A stretch of DNA of 64,000 bases. Source: a virus. The notes beneath the pieces were generated by a model. The model was not told where the DNA came from and searched no databases. It saw only the letters and a list, made by a program, of their open reading frames with translations. This document shows, in pieces, positions 19,853 to 30,199 of the stretch; the first letter of the stretch is position 1, and the number at the start of each line of letters is the position of its first letter. The stretch is taken from the IMG/VR virus record IMGVR_UViG_3300020182_000007. One strand, written 5' to 3'. A program made the translations under genes and the position numbers.

Positions 19853-20121
19853 GAATCTCTATTTTTTACTCTTCTAATTTCTTCTTGAATTTCGAATAGC
19901 CTCCATTCGAATTCATAAAGCTCATGTTTTGTAATTTTATTAGCCTTGAATGATTTTACAGCTTGCTTGTACTCTTTTTCTAATCTTTTTAAAGATTTAT
20001 TTAAGTCCGATACTGTTTTATCACTAGTACTAATATTTGCGGTTTGTCTTATTTCCCGAGTAAGAACTACTTCTAAATCAAACTCTGAAAATAATTCTAC
20101 GAATTGTTCAATTTTGCTCAT
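19849..20121 (-). CDS. Hypothetical protein
   Basis: 90-aa ORF with GATATATA upstream. Confidence 0.55.
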   Translation of the reverse strand: MSKIEQFVELFSEFDLEVVLTREIRQTANISTSDKTVSDLNKSLKRLEKEYKQAVKSFKANKITKHELYEFEWRLFEIQEEIRRVKNRDS

Positions 20122-20170
20122 GACGATTTTAGATATGTTGATGCTTTATATATCAAAATAATCTTTTTAG

Positions 20171-20560
20171 TTAATGTTTTTTATATTTGTCTTTTACTCT
20201 ATCACTGATGGGTATTGGTTCACCCTGCTCATCTATTCTAACAAATTTCATATTGGTTGATAATATTATTGCTTGCCTACCATCATATACATTATGGGAC
20301 CTAGCCTCAACCTTTAGCGTTAGCGATGAGTTACCTATGCTTTCTACCTCTCCGTATATTTTAAGAAGATGTCCTTCCTTTGCAGGTTTCTCAAAAGTGC
20401 ATTTGTCAATAGTGACAGTTACCATTCTCGGAGTATCGCATATTTGAGATGCAAATGCTGCACCTGCTGCGTCGGTCCAACTCAAAAGCTTGCCTCCAAA
20501 TAGATTTCCATGAAATCCTAAATCTGATTTTTTTACCGGATGCGTGCTTATTAATTCCAT
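20171..20560 (-). CDS. Acyl-CoA thioesterase (hotdog fold, YciA-like)
   Basis: DLGFHGNLFGGKLLSWTD and FVRIDEQGEPIP. Confidence 0.85.
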   Translation of the reverse strand: MELISTHPVKKSDLGFHGNLFGGKLLSWTDAAGAAFASQICDTPRMVTVTIDKCTFEKPAKEGHLLKIYGEVESIGNSSLTLKVEARSHNVYDGRQAIILSTNMKFVRIDEQGEPIPISDRVKDKYKKH

Positions 20561-20575
20561 TTATTATGTTTTAAA

Positions 20576-21169
20576 TTAATCATTTATTCTAAATGTTTCC
20601 CAATTATCTCCAGAAACATCAGTGTTTGGAAAGTAAAATTTAAGCTCTTCACCATTGCTCAGAATTGTTTTTGTAAATCCAATAGGTACTAGAGCTCCCG
20701 TACTTAACCAGTTTTCTGGAGTATCTTTAAAGTGAATTCTTATCTTGACATGCACAGTTCCATTAGATTCTGATAATTTTCTTTCAAATCTTTCAAGTTC
20801 TTTCCATGGTCCTCTATTTAATGACTGGTGTTGCAGGGCACAGTTTAAATAGCTAAATGTAGTTTTCATCATTTCTCTGCTACAGTTAAATGTACCGGCT
20901 GGAGCCATATGCCCTTTATCCCAAACATTATCTACGTAATCCTTATTGTCTGATGTATGATATTTTTTATCGATCCAAAAATTACCCTTTCTATCAACAG
21001 TTCCACTGTCGCATGTATCTACTTGATATCGAACCTCAATTGGTTGTTCTTTTGTTGCCGAGTATGTTACGGTATAGATTGGTGTTTCCACAACATAAAT
21101 TTTATCGTGTTGTGGGCTGTATATTATTAAACTAAATATTGAAAATATAACTGCAAATGTTAATTTCAT
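20576..21169 (-). CDS. DNA/RNA non-specific endonuclease (NucA-like), probably secreted
   Basis: DKGHMAPA, N..LQ...LNRG.W..LE and an N-terminal signal-like segment. Confidence 0.9.
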   Translation of the reverse strand: MKLTFAVIFSIFSLIIYSPQHDKIYVVETPIYTVTYSATKEQPIEVRYQVDTCDSGTVDRKGNFWIDKKYHTSDNKDYVDNVWDKGHMAPAGTFNCSREMMKTTFSYLNCALQHQSLNRGPWKELERFERKLSESNGTVHVKIRIHFKDTPENWLSTGALVPIGFTKTILSNGEELKFYFPNTDVSGDNWETFRIND

Positions 21170-21309
21170 TTTTTTATATAAATTATGTTGTTGTCCTGTA
21201 TAATCGACAAAATGTCTGGATTTTGAATTGCTTTAATAATAGCATCCTGTGGGTCATCCAACCATAAAGAATCGACATGTGTTGTATATGTTATAATTAA
21301 TAGATGCAT

Positions 21310-22188
21310 TTACCTAATTGTTTCAATCCAGTTTTCTATTGGAAGCGTAGGTTTCCAATTAAGATCTTCATATATCTTAGAAATACAAGCAAGACTTCTT
21401 TTAGGTTCATCTATTTCTGGTAAATATTTTACTTCGCTACCAAAGGATTCAGCTATCTGATTAACACTAGTCTCTTCTCCACTGCCGACATTATATACAT
21501 TGTAAGTTCCTTTTGTATTCGTACTGGCTGAGACGATTGCTCTAACCACGTCTTCTACCCAAATAAAATCTCGAGTCTGTTTACCATCACCATTAATAGT
21601 TAGTGGTTCTCCAGCATCCCATAATTCTCTAAAGATAGGTATCACACTACGATATCCTCCATCCTTTCTCTGTCCTTCGCCGAAAACATTAAAGAATCTT
21701 AATGAAGTACCAGTAGTGTTACTATTTGCAATTGTTATGTCTCTGATAATCATTTCAGCTAGCCATTTAGACCTAGCGTATGGGCTCTCGCAGTTTTGTG
21801 CTCGCATTTCGCCAAATGGTAAATCATCAGATTCTCCGTAGATAGCAGCAGTGCTTGCTAATATAATTTTACTTGCACCAGATGCAATTGACCATCTTGC
21901 TATATTAATAGTACCATCAGCTATTTCTAGATAGTACTTTTCCGGGTTGTCATGACTTTCAGGTACTGATACTGGAGAGGCTAGGTGAAATAATACGTCA
22001 TGCTCTATTACAGGTAAATTATTTGAAGTAACACACGCTTCATGTACTTCACAATCAAGTCCCTCTAAATTGCTCCATTCTCCTGTACTAAAATTATCAA
22101 TTACTGAAACTACCCATCCCCTATTAACCAATTGTTCGACTAATCGGGATCCAATAAATCCAGCTCCTCCTGTTACTACCGCTCTCAT
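21310..22188 (-). CDS. NAD-dependent nucleotide-sugar epimerase/dehydratase
   Basis: GGAGFIG, YARSK (YxxxK), LRFFNVFG and RDFIWVED. Confidence 0.92.
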   Translation of the reverse strand: MRAVVTGGAGFIGSRLVEQLVNRGWVVSVIDNFSTGEWSNLEGLDCEVHEACVTSNNLPVIEHDVLFHLASPVSVPESHDNPEKYYLEIADGTINIARWSIASGASKIILASTAAIYGESDDLPFGEMRAQNCESPYARSKWLAEMIIRDITIANSNTTGTSLRFFNVFGEGQRKDGGYRSVIPIFRELWDAGEPLTINGDGKQTRDFIWVEDVVRAIVSASTNTKGTYNVYNVGSGEETSVNQIAESFGSEVKYLPEIDEPKRSLACISKIYEDLNWKPTLPIENWIETIR

Positions 22189-25064
22189 ATGTTTTTCTTT
22201 ATTATATCTATTACAAACTCAGGTTCAATCTCTTTAGTACATTCAAACTGTCTTTCAGTGCCTTTATGTGCTGGACACCAATTCCAGTCTCCCTTATTAA
22301 ATACGTCCCATGACCAGCAACTATTACAGGAGGTTTTATTAATAATCCTAATACAATTATCCGTAAATTCGCAAACTTCTGGGGTAAATCCACTAATTAA
22401 GAAAACTTTTGCACCAAGCGCCCAAGCAAACCAGCTCAGTCCACTACTAACTCCAACAAACGCGGTAGAAGCATGAATTAATTGTGCAACATTCTCAAGT
22501 TCTGATTCTGCCTGCTCAACCTTTAAGTCAGTTCCCTCCATACTACAATGGATCCAATGATATTCATCCATCCCTTCTACCAATTCTCTCCAACCCGTTG
22601 GATGATTCCAATATTTAGCACCTGCTGTACTTTTAGTAGCAAATGTAATTATGGGGTCCCTTCTACTTGGTAGTTGATCCCATTTCTGGAATTGTGGAGC
22701 CAATTTAGGTCTGACCTCCTTAAATGGTATACCAAGCCTGTCACTTGCTATTTGTGCTAAGTGTATTTTTCGCCAATCCACTCTGTGTTCTGCACGTCTC
22801 CAAGGTTCTTCAGGACTATAAAATACGCCAAGGTTAATTGTGTATATCTCATTAGGAAATTCATTAACAATCTGAATACCGCGACTGGCGTAGTACTCAG
22901 TGTCAAATAACCAACTCTTATGAGTTTTTACAAACACATTCTTCCAGCCCCAATGGGTTTTAAAATCCTCTAGTTGGCCCATCCATGCTAGTGTGTCTCC
23001 AAGGCTCGAACTGTCAAATTGAACACCAATGGTATTATCCATAGTTTCTAGTTGCCACTCCCATACCAATTTATCGTCCTGTAGTATTTCGACTCTCCAA
23101 GGGGTAAACCAATGTTGAGAGGGCTGATACCATCTGTCTGATTCAATTGAGGTTTCATAAACTATTCTGTCAGTAGTAGTGTCAATAAATCTGGCACGGA
23201 AGTTTCCAGGAGGGAGCTCTCCAGCGTGCAGTTTAAAATAACGCTTAAGTGATATTGATATTCTGGCATTGATACTATTATTTACTTCTGGTACTTTATG
23301 AGTTTCTGAGTATAGTTGAAGCATTTCTTTACGAAAGCGTTCAATGTCGTTGCTTGGTAATATAAAATCTCCTAAATTTTCTCCTTGTTCTATGAGCTCT
23401 CTGAATAATATAGCGGCATTTTCTTTTAGATCATTAGTAAATGGAGTAATGTAAGGAGTAAACATGTCCAAATATTGAGGAAGGTTTCTTGTAAATGTTG
23501 GTAAACGATGCGCAATTGCTTCACGTAAAGAGAGTGGATTGCATTCCAATGTAGAATTAAACATAAATGCATCCGATGTTTGGTAAAAAAGTTCAACGTC
23601 CTTTCTCTCTCCCCAAACAGTAACATTAGATGGTAGGTTTTCCATTAGAGGCCTCCAATAACTACCAAAGTTTCCTGCTTGATTTCCTACAAAATGAAAT
23701 TGAAATGTGTTAGGATAGAGTTCTTCTGCAATTCTTGCTATTTCTACTCCTTCGCCTTGATTTTTTCCTGGTGTCCAAAGGCCTACGTTTAAAATATTGA
23801 TCTTATCAGCAGGTATGCCAAGCTCTAATTTAATCTTAGCACGAACCATTGCTTCTTGTTGAAGATCTTCAATAGGGTATTCTACTACCTCTCCATTTGA
23901 AGTAGTGTCCTTGAAATTATTAATTGGATGATATGGTGTACAATACATATAAGAATTAGGATGCCATACCTTCTTGTCATTGTTCATCCATATATTATGA
24001 CAAGTTTCTATAATCTGATATGATCTATCCTTTCTGTATATTTTATTTAAAGTGTTGGTACTCATCTTATTACCACCGTCGAATGATTCAGGACACTCCT
24101 CGATATGTATGATATCTGGTTTAATTGAATCTATTAGATCAAGTATGCGAGATTCTCGTTGTTCTATACTTATTCCTGTGTTGAGTGATATTAGCCTGTC
24201 TCCTAGTAATTCTTCTAACTTATCTTTTTGAACTACAAAATGATCTGAGTAATTATTAAATTCAACAACATATACTTCAAGATCTGAACAATCGATAAGA
24301 GTCTCTACTCTTTTTAGTAAAAATTGCGGCATGCCTCCAGTAGATAGGTGTGGTGCAATATACATCAACCTTTTATTGGAATTATTAAAATTACGTTCTC
24401 TGTTTTCAATAGTGCTTATTCCGTCCCATTGTCCAGTTGGAGAATCAGAAAAAATGCCAATCTTCTTTTTATCCATAAAATTTTGATTAAGAAAGATGTC
24501 AGCACCGTCCCATTTAGAATTAACATAACAGTCTAGAAGATACTTACGAATCCTTTGAGGGAACATAATCATTTGAATACCAATGATCTTGTTAGTAATT
24601 TCTATATCACCATGTTTCTCTAGAGCAATACTCTGTAACACATTTCCTTCTAATGTATATTTACTACCTAGCGAGAAGTAGTCAATACAAAGCTCTTGGG
24701 TGGCTTCGTATGCTCTGTTTATTTTGTCTACTACTTGATCTGGAGATTCAGTTAACCTAACATCTCCTTCACATAATATTAAAGAATCTATGTCCTTTCC
24801 AAAATTATCAATAGCACCGTCGGCGAATGCTCTAAAACAACCGTAATGTGCCTTATTGATAGGTACCTGATCAAACATTTGCGGTCTTGCAAAGTTTTCT
24901 CTAGGAGGATTATCTTTCCACCTTTCATTCCAGACTTGAACATACTCTATTCCTCTTAATTCGAGTTCTTTGAGTTGTTCTATTGATTTTTCCTGTCTAT
25001 GGAGGTCTAAATCGTCTGATAGTAATAAATGTACTAATCTAATCTTGTACTTAGACTTGATCAT
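22185..25064 (-). CDS. Multidomain glycosyltransferase (GT-A-like, GT4-like and TibC/GT9-like heptosyltransferase domains)
   Basis: CEGD, PHLSTGGMPQ, ECNPLSLREA, SSSLGDTLAW and FVGVSSGLSWFAWALG motifs. Confidence 0.8.
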   Translation of the reverse strand: MIKSKYKIRLVHLLLSDDLDLHRQEKSIEQLKELELRGIEYVQVWNERWKDNPPRENFARPQMFDQVPINKAHYGCFRAFADGAIDNFGKDIDSLILCEGDVRLTESPDQVVDKINRAYEATQELCIDYFSLGSKYTLEGNVLQSIALEKHGDIEITNKIIGIQMIMFPQRIRKYLLDCYVNSKWDGADIFLNQNFMDKKKIGIFSDSPTGQWDGISTIENRERNFNNSNKRLMYIAPHLSTGGMPQFLLKRVETLIDCSDLEVYVVEFNNYSDHFVVQKDKLEELLGDRLISLNTGISIEQRESRILDLIDSIKPDIIHIEECPESFDGGNKMSTNTLNKIYRKDRSYQIIETCHNIWMNNDKKVWHPNSYMYCTPYHPINNFKDTTSNGEVVEYPIEDLQQEAMVRAKIKLELGIPADKINILNVGLWTPGKNQGEGVEIARIAEELYPNTFQFHFVGNQAGNFGSYWRPLMENLPSNVTVWGERKDVELFYQTSDAFMFNSTLECNPLSLREAIAHRLPTFTRNLPQYLDMFTPYITPFTNDLKENAAILFRELIEQGENLGDFILPSNDIERFRKEMLQLYSETHKVPEVNNSINARISISLKRYFKLHAGELPPGNFRARFIDTTTDRIVYETSIESDRWYQPSQHWFTPWRVEILQDDKLVWEWQLETMDNTIGVQFDSSSLGDTLAWMGQLEDFKTHWGWKNVFVKTHKSWLFDTEYYASRGIQIVNEFPNEIYTINLGVFYSPEEPWRRAEHRVDWRKIHLAQIASDRLGIPFKEVRPKLAPQFQKWDQLPSRRDPIITFATKSTAGAKYWNHPTGWRELVEGMDEYHWIHCSMEGTDLKVEQAESELENVAQLIHASTAFVGVSSGLSWFAWALGAKVFLISGFTPEVCEFTDNCIRIINKTSCNSCWSWDVFNKGDWNWCPAHKGTERQFECTKEIEPEFVIDIIKKNI

Positions 25065-25453
25065 TAGTATTCAGAATATGACTTCTCCTCAATTAGATTA
25101 GAATTAGTCAATTTATTGATTTCTCTTTTAACTTGAGATCTTTCGTCGTTAAAGTGATATACCGATCTTGCTAGTTCTATAAAATCTTCTCCAAAAGATT
25201 CAGACACCTCACATTTTCTAATTAGATCTTCAACATTCCACAGAGTAATGTTGATGTTATGTAAATCAGAGTATAATGATTTAAGATTTTCTGCATTGGA
25301 GCAGTTTGAATAGATTGTGTCAACTTTCGGGGTCAACACTGAAAATTCATTACGTACGTTTTTTAATTTTGTATCGTTTTTTATTTTTAACATTTTAATG
25401 TCTAAGATAGAATACTTATCTAAGATTTCACCAGCTGATACATTTATTTTCAT
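25064..25453 (-). CDS. Glycosyltransferase-associated protein (DUF6165-like)
   Basis: GEILDKYSILDIK...LWNVED...ARSVY..NDERS.VKREIN. Confidence 0.7.
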   Translation of the reverse strand: MKINVSAGEILDKYSILDIKMLKIKNDTKLKNVRNEFSVLTPKVDTIYSNCSNAENLKSLYSDLHNINITLWNVEDLIRKCEVSESFGEDFIELARSVYHFNDERSQVKREINKLTNSNLIEEKSYSEY

Positions 25454-25458
25454 ATCTA

Positions 25459-25668
25459 TTATTTAGAGGTTTCATTATTTACATAATTACTCAAAAACTC
25501 TCCTGCGGATGCAACTAAAACAGCATCTCTAACTGTTAATGCTCCTGCTCCTTGTGCTGCATTTGCTGCACTTAGTAAAATATTTACTGAACCTGGTAAA
25601 TTCATACCCTTTATGTCATCGAAAGGAGATGTTACTTGTTTTTTGTCTTCTTGTACTACTTCATTCAT
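25459..25668 (-). CDS. Hypothetical protein
   Basis: 69-aa ORF. Confidence 0.55.
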   Translation of the reverse strand: MNEVVQEDKKQVTSPFDDIKGMNLPGSVNILLSAANAAQGAGALTVRDAVLVASAGEFLSNYVNNETSK

Positions 25669-25716
25669 AATTTTATTATTTATATTTAATGATTATATAA
25701 ACATTTTAGTAAAAGT

Positions 25717-26646
25717 TTACAATTTAAAAGAATCTAATAGTGCGTTTAATTCTGGCTGAGGAAAAACATCGCTCTTGTCTTTTCTAACGTTTGTATGTGA
25801 CAGTATTCCAGTTATTCCACCGCTCCATGCCTTTTCATTAAATTCATATCTTTCTTCATAGTTCATTTTCGACATGCCATCATGAATACTAATGTCGTGC
25901 TTATCTTTTAAGTGATATATTAAAGCTTCTAGAGATTCTAATTGAGCTTTAGTATATTTGTGGTAGTATTTATGTCCTCTAAAAGGACGTGCTAATTCAC
26001 AAACTTGGGATGAATGAACTTCCTCATTGAACCATGTATAGAACCTATCTCCTCGTTTTGTTAAATATCCCGCTGCATTGATTTCAATTGACAATGAGTG
26101 CTTCGTCATATAACTCGAACCTGTAGGTCCTAGATGATATCCCCAGTATTTATCGTCGATTGCCTGAACTACCCTACCATTCATTTCAAGATCTTTAGTG
26201 CTTGCTTTATTAATATCAACATTAGTCGGTACTCCACCAATACAATAATTAGTTCCTATTCTACCTCTAGAGTCTTTAGCCCAGTTATCAATTGTCTTAA
26301 ATGGGTTATGTCTTCCTGCAGTATGGTGTATAAATATGTACTTTTTTGATGTTTCTTGTTTAATATATTCTCCTTCTGGTAAATGGTATCTTTCGATCCA
26401 TGTTGCCGATGTTAATTCGTCAGTATCAGCAAATGTTTCTTCTGGGTTATGATTTAAAGATTTCCAAGTTAAAGGACCAACAATACCGTCGGGTGACATG
26501 CTATTTGTTCGTTGATATTTAATTACTGCCTGTCTTGTTGCATTGCCAAATATGCCGTCGGCTGGTTTAACAAACAACAATTCTTGTAAAATCCTAACGT
26601 CATCTCCTTGATGTCCTGTCTTTAGTACTAATCTTTTATTTTCCAT
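25717..26646 (-). CDS. Endolysin: peptidoglycan-binding domain plus N-acetylmuramoyl-L-alanine amidase
   Basis: PG_binding_1 motifs (DGIFG, DGIVGPLTW), IHHTAG, and SHTNVRKDKSD. Confidence 0.9.
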   Translation of the reverse strand: MENKRLVLKTGHQGDDVRILQELLFVKPADGIFGNATRQAVIKYQRTNSMSPDGIVGPLTWKSLNHNPEETFADTDELTSATWIERYHLPEGEYIKQETSKKYIFIHHTAGRHNPFKTIDNWAKDSRGRIGTNYCIGGVPTNVDINKASTKDLEMNGRVVQAIDDKYWGYHLGPTGSSYMTKHSLSIEINAAGYLTKRGDRFYTWFNEEVHSSQVCELARPFRGHKYYHKYTKAQLESLEALIYHLKDKHDISIHDGMSKMNYEERYEFNEKAWSGGITGILSHTNVRKDKSDVFPQPELNALLDSFKL

Positions 26647-27050
26647 AAAGTATTTATTTGTTTTTCTATTAATGGCAATAAATCATAAACTTCGTTTTTA
26701 CTTGAAGTAGTATGTTTAAAATCAAGAACATCATTACCTGATGTTTTAGAAGTTAATATTGCTCTAATTATATAATGTGGGGTTTGTATGGCTTTTTTGG
26801 ATTTACATACACTATATTGTTCTCTAGCCTCTCCTATTAAAAAAGTTTTAGTAGTTATTGTAGCAGAAAGAGAATATTCAATATCGTCTAGTTCTAAGAA
26901 ATCTTGTCTCTCTATTACACTATTTGATATGTTATACATTCTGACAAAAACTGAAGGATGTGAATCCCCCAGCATTTTTAAAAAAGTATCTTTTTCTATT
27001 TTATTAGAGATGTATAATTCGCTAAGCTTTATCGGCAGAGTCTTTACCAT
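26628..27050 (-). CDS. Hypothetical protein
   Basis: 140-aa ORF overlapping its neighbours. Confidence 0.5.
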   Translation of the reverse strand: MVKTLPIKLSELYISNKIEKDTFLKMLGDSHPSVFVRMYNISNSVIERQDFLELDDIEYSLSATITTKTFLIGEAREQYSVCKSKKAIQTPHYIIRAILTSKTSGNDVLDFKHTTSSKNEVYDLLPLIEKQINTLWKIKD

Positions 27051-27996
27051 TTCTTTTTTCTTTTACAAAACGTTGGAGTTGCTCCATTGCTAGCTTTCTC
27101 TTTGCTATTTCCATAAGATCACCTTCTTCTTGATTATCTGTGATGTCTTTAACTACAGCACCAACTGAAGTTGGATTATTTTCATAAGAATCTGGCTCTT
27201 CAGATTTGGTAATATCGGACCATGGTTCAATTATTACAGGATCTATTACATCAATATCTGCTAATCCGTCGTTGAGTGTAACATCTAAGTCATGAAAATC
27301 ATCTTTATTAGATTCTACTAGTTCTTCTTTGTAACTTTCAGCAGCGTTTACTAATGCTGCATTTGGAGGATCTAGGACATCTTCTAATTCATATTCTGGA
27401 AAATCATCCTCACCAAACTCATCAAAATCTGACATGTCATTCATTACCCTGTCTAATTCATGATCTTCGTCCCATTCTTTTTCTGGAATAGGATCAGGTT
27501 CGCTTGTATCTTTCGCACCAATACTAGAAAAACTACTGTCTTCTGGTGTAAATTCGCTGTCATCCTGTGGTTTAATATAGTCTACTAATGATTTTATAAA
27601 TCCTAGAGCTACTAGTGGCAGTATTGCTCCTGATACTAAAGAAAGAATTCTTTTCTGGTATAGAGGCTCTTCTTCAATTAAGTTAAATAATTCCGACCAG
27701 CTTTGAAAGTTTTCTAAGTTCGTAAATGCATGGTACATATTACCTTGCATTTGCATTAGTGTAATTGTAATAAATAGAGCCCATACTAGAGTTTTATTCA
27801 TTTTGTCTAAAATAACAAGCGATGCTAGCGAAGCAGCAGCTCCTACTTCAAATCCGATTGCCAATGTAACTGCCAACCAATACGGGTTTGACAATTCGAA
27901 GAAGTTAATTACATGTATTGTAGATACTATACTAACTAATAAGTACAGAGACACAAACGTTCCTATGACAAAATTCTTTACTAGATTATTATTCAT
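27022..27996 (-). CDS. Multi-pass membrane protein with acidic C-terminal tail
   Basis: About four hydrophobic helices followed by a D/E-rich tail; lies near the endolysin. Confidence 0.6.
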   Translation of the reverse strand: MNNNLVKNFVIGTFVSLYLLVSIVSTIHVINFFELSNPYWLAVTLAIGFEVGAAASLASLVILDKMNKTLVWALFITITLMQMQGNMYHAFTNLENFQSWSELFNLIEEEPLYQKRILSLVSGAILPLVALGFIKSLVDYIKPQDDSEFTPEDSSFSSIGAKDTSEPDPIPEKEWDEDHELDRVMNDMSDFDEFGEDDFPEYELEDVLDPPNAALVNAAESYKEELVESNKDDFHDLDVTLNDGLADIDVIDPVIIEPWSDITKSEEPDSYENNPTSVGAVVKDITDNQEEGDLMEIAKRKLAMEQLQRFVKEKRNGKDSADKA

Positions 27997-28270
27997 CTTT
28001 ATTTTTATTTTTATAAAATACCTTATTGACTAAAAGATCTGGATTGTTTAGATCTTCCTTACGGCCTTTACATCCGCAGTCTTCCTTACCCATAGCGCCT
28101 GCTGCCATTTGTGCAAGTTTATCAAGGCGCATTGCTTTTGCAAGCTTTTCAAAGTCGTCTCCAAATCCTTGAGACTTAGTCTCGCTATTCATTAGTCTTC
28201 TTTTTCTTCTAATGCGTTTATTGAAATACGCTCTTTGTCTGATATTTCTTCTATTCTTAAAGTTTTCCAA
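27989..28270 (-). CDS. Small protein with CGC motif (real start probably MNSETK near 28193)
   Basis: EDCGCKGRKEDLN motif. Confidence 0.5.
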   Translation of the reverse strand: MENFKNRRNIRQRAYFNKRIRRKRRLMNSETKSQGFGDDFEKLAKAMRLDKLAQMAAGAMGKEDCGCKGRKEDLNNPDLLVNKVFYKNKNKDE

Positions 28271-28491
28271 GCTGGAGTCTCTTTAATCAATTCAATCATT
28301 TTACTTTCTGTGATGATTTTAGAACTTAAAGATGTTGTTAATGTGTCGATCTCTGACTCAGTTGCTCTTAAATCTTTTTTGATTCTATCAACATCAGAGT
28401 TAATAGAGCATGACTTGAAATAGGTTAAAATCAAAAGTATTATAATTACTTTTGATCCGTGATCTGCTAAAAATGAGTTTAATTTATTCAT
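28192..28491 (-). CDS. Membrane-anchored coiled-coil protein (spanin-like possible)
   Basis: TM helix ending FKSC, then a coiled coil; GATATATA upstream. Confidence 0.5.
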   Translation of the reverse strand: MNKLNSFLADHGSKVIIILLILTYFKSCSINSDVDRIKKDLRATESEIDTLTTSLSSKIITESKMIELIKETPAWKTLRIEEISDKERISINALEEKED

Positions 28492-28514
28492 AATTGTTTA
28501 TTTGTTTGACTTAT

Positions 28515-29276
28515 TTATATATCAAATTTCTCTCTAAACATCTCTCTACGCTTTAAGAATTGTTTTAGATAGAATTCTAAATCTGTTACAGTTAGTGTAA
28601 ATTTTTGCGGAATATCATCTATTTCGTTTGATACCCAGATTTCCGCTCCGTCTGCCTTAATACCAGTCCTATCCCAATATGCCATCCAATATGCTGATGT
28701 TTGTATGTAATAGTCGGTAATCCAGGATTCTCGCTTAGGTTTGCGGCTGTTTTTATAATCAATGACTTTGATTTTATTGTCGACTAGTTCTGATATATTA
28801 TCAACAGTTCCAGCCCAACCTCCACCTTTAGTGGTCCATAAAAAAGATTCAGATTCGATTACTTTTTTAATAGTTCCAAAATAATCAGAATGGTTATTAT
28901 AGAACTTATAGAACATTTCCCATGCACTATTCAACCATATTTCTCCGTTAGGATCTCCATTAAATTGAATACATTCTTCGTCGGTTTCTGATATTCTTTT
29001 TAAGACTTCAAGCCTTTCACTAGGTTCACCTGAAGTTTCTGACTTATATAATTCAATTAAGCGATGCATGATGGTACCTCGATTCATAGATAGATTTGAG
29101 ATTCTATCCGCTTCCTCTTCTCCAATCTTTTTTCTCCATCTGTCAATACCGGATTTATCCGTAGTATTGCCTAAAATAGTAGTAACAGAAGGTAACTTTG
29201 CAATTACCTTTCCGTCTAATGTTACTTGATAAAATCTATTTCCTAAATCATCATATACTCTCTCGATCTTTTCCAT
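28515..29276 (-). CDS. PD-(D/E)xK exonuclease (Cas4/RecB-like)
   Basis: LPSVTTIL, RGTIMH, E, GTVD, IDYK and QTSAY motifs. Confidence 0.85.
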   Translation of the reverse strand: MEKIERVYDDLGNRFYQVTLDGKVIAKLPSVTTILGNTTDKSGIDRWRKKIGEEEADRISNLSMNRGTIMHRLIELYKSETSGEPSERLEVLKRISETDEECIQFNGDPNGEIWLNSAWEMFYKFYNNHSDYFGTIKKVIESESFLWTTKGGGWAGTVDNISELVDNKIKVIDYKNSRKPKRESWITDYYIQTSAYWMAYWDRTGIKADGAEIWVSNEIDDIPQKFTLTVTDLEFYLKQFLKRREMFREKFDI

Positions 29277-29770
29277 TATAGTATTGATTGTATACTATCC
29301 TTAGTTAAATTAAACAATTCTGTTAAATAACTATAGTTATTAACTATTAGTTTAATTAGGATGTATGTTGTTATTCCAATAATTGAGGTTCTGATCAAAT
29401 TACCTACAATTATCCAAAAGGCAAGTGATTCGTATTCTGGCCAGAGAACAACTAGATACGCAGGACTCCCTTTAATTTTTTCTATCTCTGGAAATACTAT
29501 ATCAGCTAATCCTATCTTAGCCATTACAGCACCGTATTTTGTAATTTGTTGAAGTACATATGCCTGTTGTACTTGATCTGCTGCTCCTTCAACTTCTTGG
29601 GGTATATTAATAACTCCATAAATCCTGCCTAACCAGTCAACCCTAAGACCATGTTCAGTATCTAGCATTTTTTGATTGTCGAATGCTGCCCTTCTAAAGA
29701 TAGACCAGATTCTAATTTCACTATAAAGTTCTAACCAGTATAAAAACGGGGCTTTAATTCTATCTAACAT
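29276..29770 (-). CDS. Membrane protein
   Basis: C-terminal hydrophobic helix. Confidence 0.55.
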   Translation of the reverse strand: MLDRIKAPFLYWLELYSEIRIWSIFRRAAFDNQKMLDTEHGLRVDWLGRIYGVINIPQEVEGAADQVQQAYVLQQITKYGAVMAKIGLADIVFPEIEKIKGSPAYLVVLWPEYESLAFWIIVGNLIRTSIIGITTYILIKLIVNNYSYLTELFNLTKDSIQSIL

Positions 29771-29973
29771 TAATTAGTTTTTTTATATAATAAATCATGA
29801 TTCTTTAGTATTGTGTATTCATTAAGTCCTATGTGTACGCAAATATATCCAACATGACTACTTTGTTTATATCCTACCTCTTCGTATTCATTAATGTCTG
29901 AAAACCACTGTCTAGACATTAAAACCTTTAGGTTTTCTATATCTCCTTCTTTAATCCAAATTTCAATAGTCAT
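29770..29973 (-). CDS. Hypothetical protein
   Basis: 67-aa ORF. Confidence 0.5.
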   Translation of the reverse strand: MTIEIWIKEGDIENLKVLMSRQWFSDINEYEEVGYKQSSHVGYICVHIGLNEYTILKNHDLLYKKTN

Positions 29974-29991
29974 TTTTAATTCTGTAGTTAT

Positions 29992-30017
29992 TAAAATTAG
30001 GGCCCGAAGGCCCTAAT
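29992..30017 (-). terminator. Rho-independent terminator with UUCG loop
   Basis: Minus strand ATTAGGGCC-TTCG-GGCCCTAAT-TTT. Confidence 0.9.
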
Positions 30018-30019
30018 CT

Positions 30020-30199
30020 TTACTTTTTGTTAATTTCAGAAATCTCAGTACGTTGTTCCTGAGCCAATGCTTTTAAAGACTGCATTGCTTTTCTTACTCT
30101 TGTTCCTGCTGATTTGTTTCCACTCTCGTAGAACTTAACAACATCTGCACTTACTTCTTCTAGAAGCTCGACCATTTGGTCATAAATTGAATTTTCCAT
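30020..30199 (-). CDS. Histone H1-like nucleoid protein (Hc1 family), 59 aa, not in track
   Basis: Hand translation MENSIYDQMVELLEEVSADVVKFYESGNKSAGTRVRKAMQSLKALAQEQRTEISEINKK; GNKxAGTRxRK is the Hc1 signature. Confidence 0.85.
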   Translation of the reverse strand: MENSIYDQMVELLEEVSADVVKFYESGNKSAGTRVRKAMQSLKALAQEQRTEISEINKK

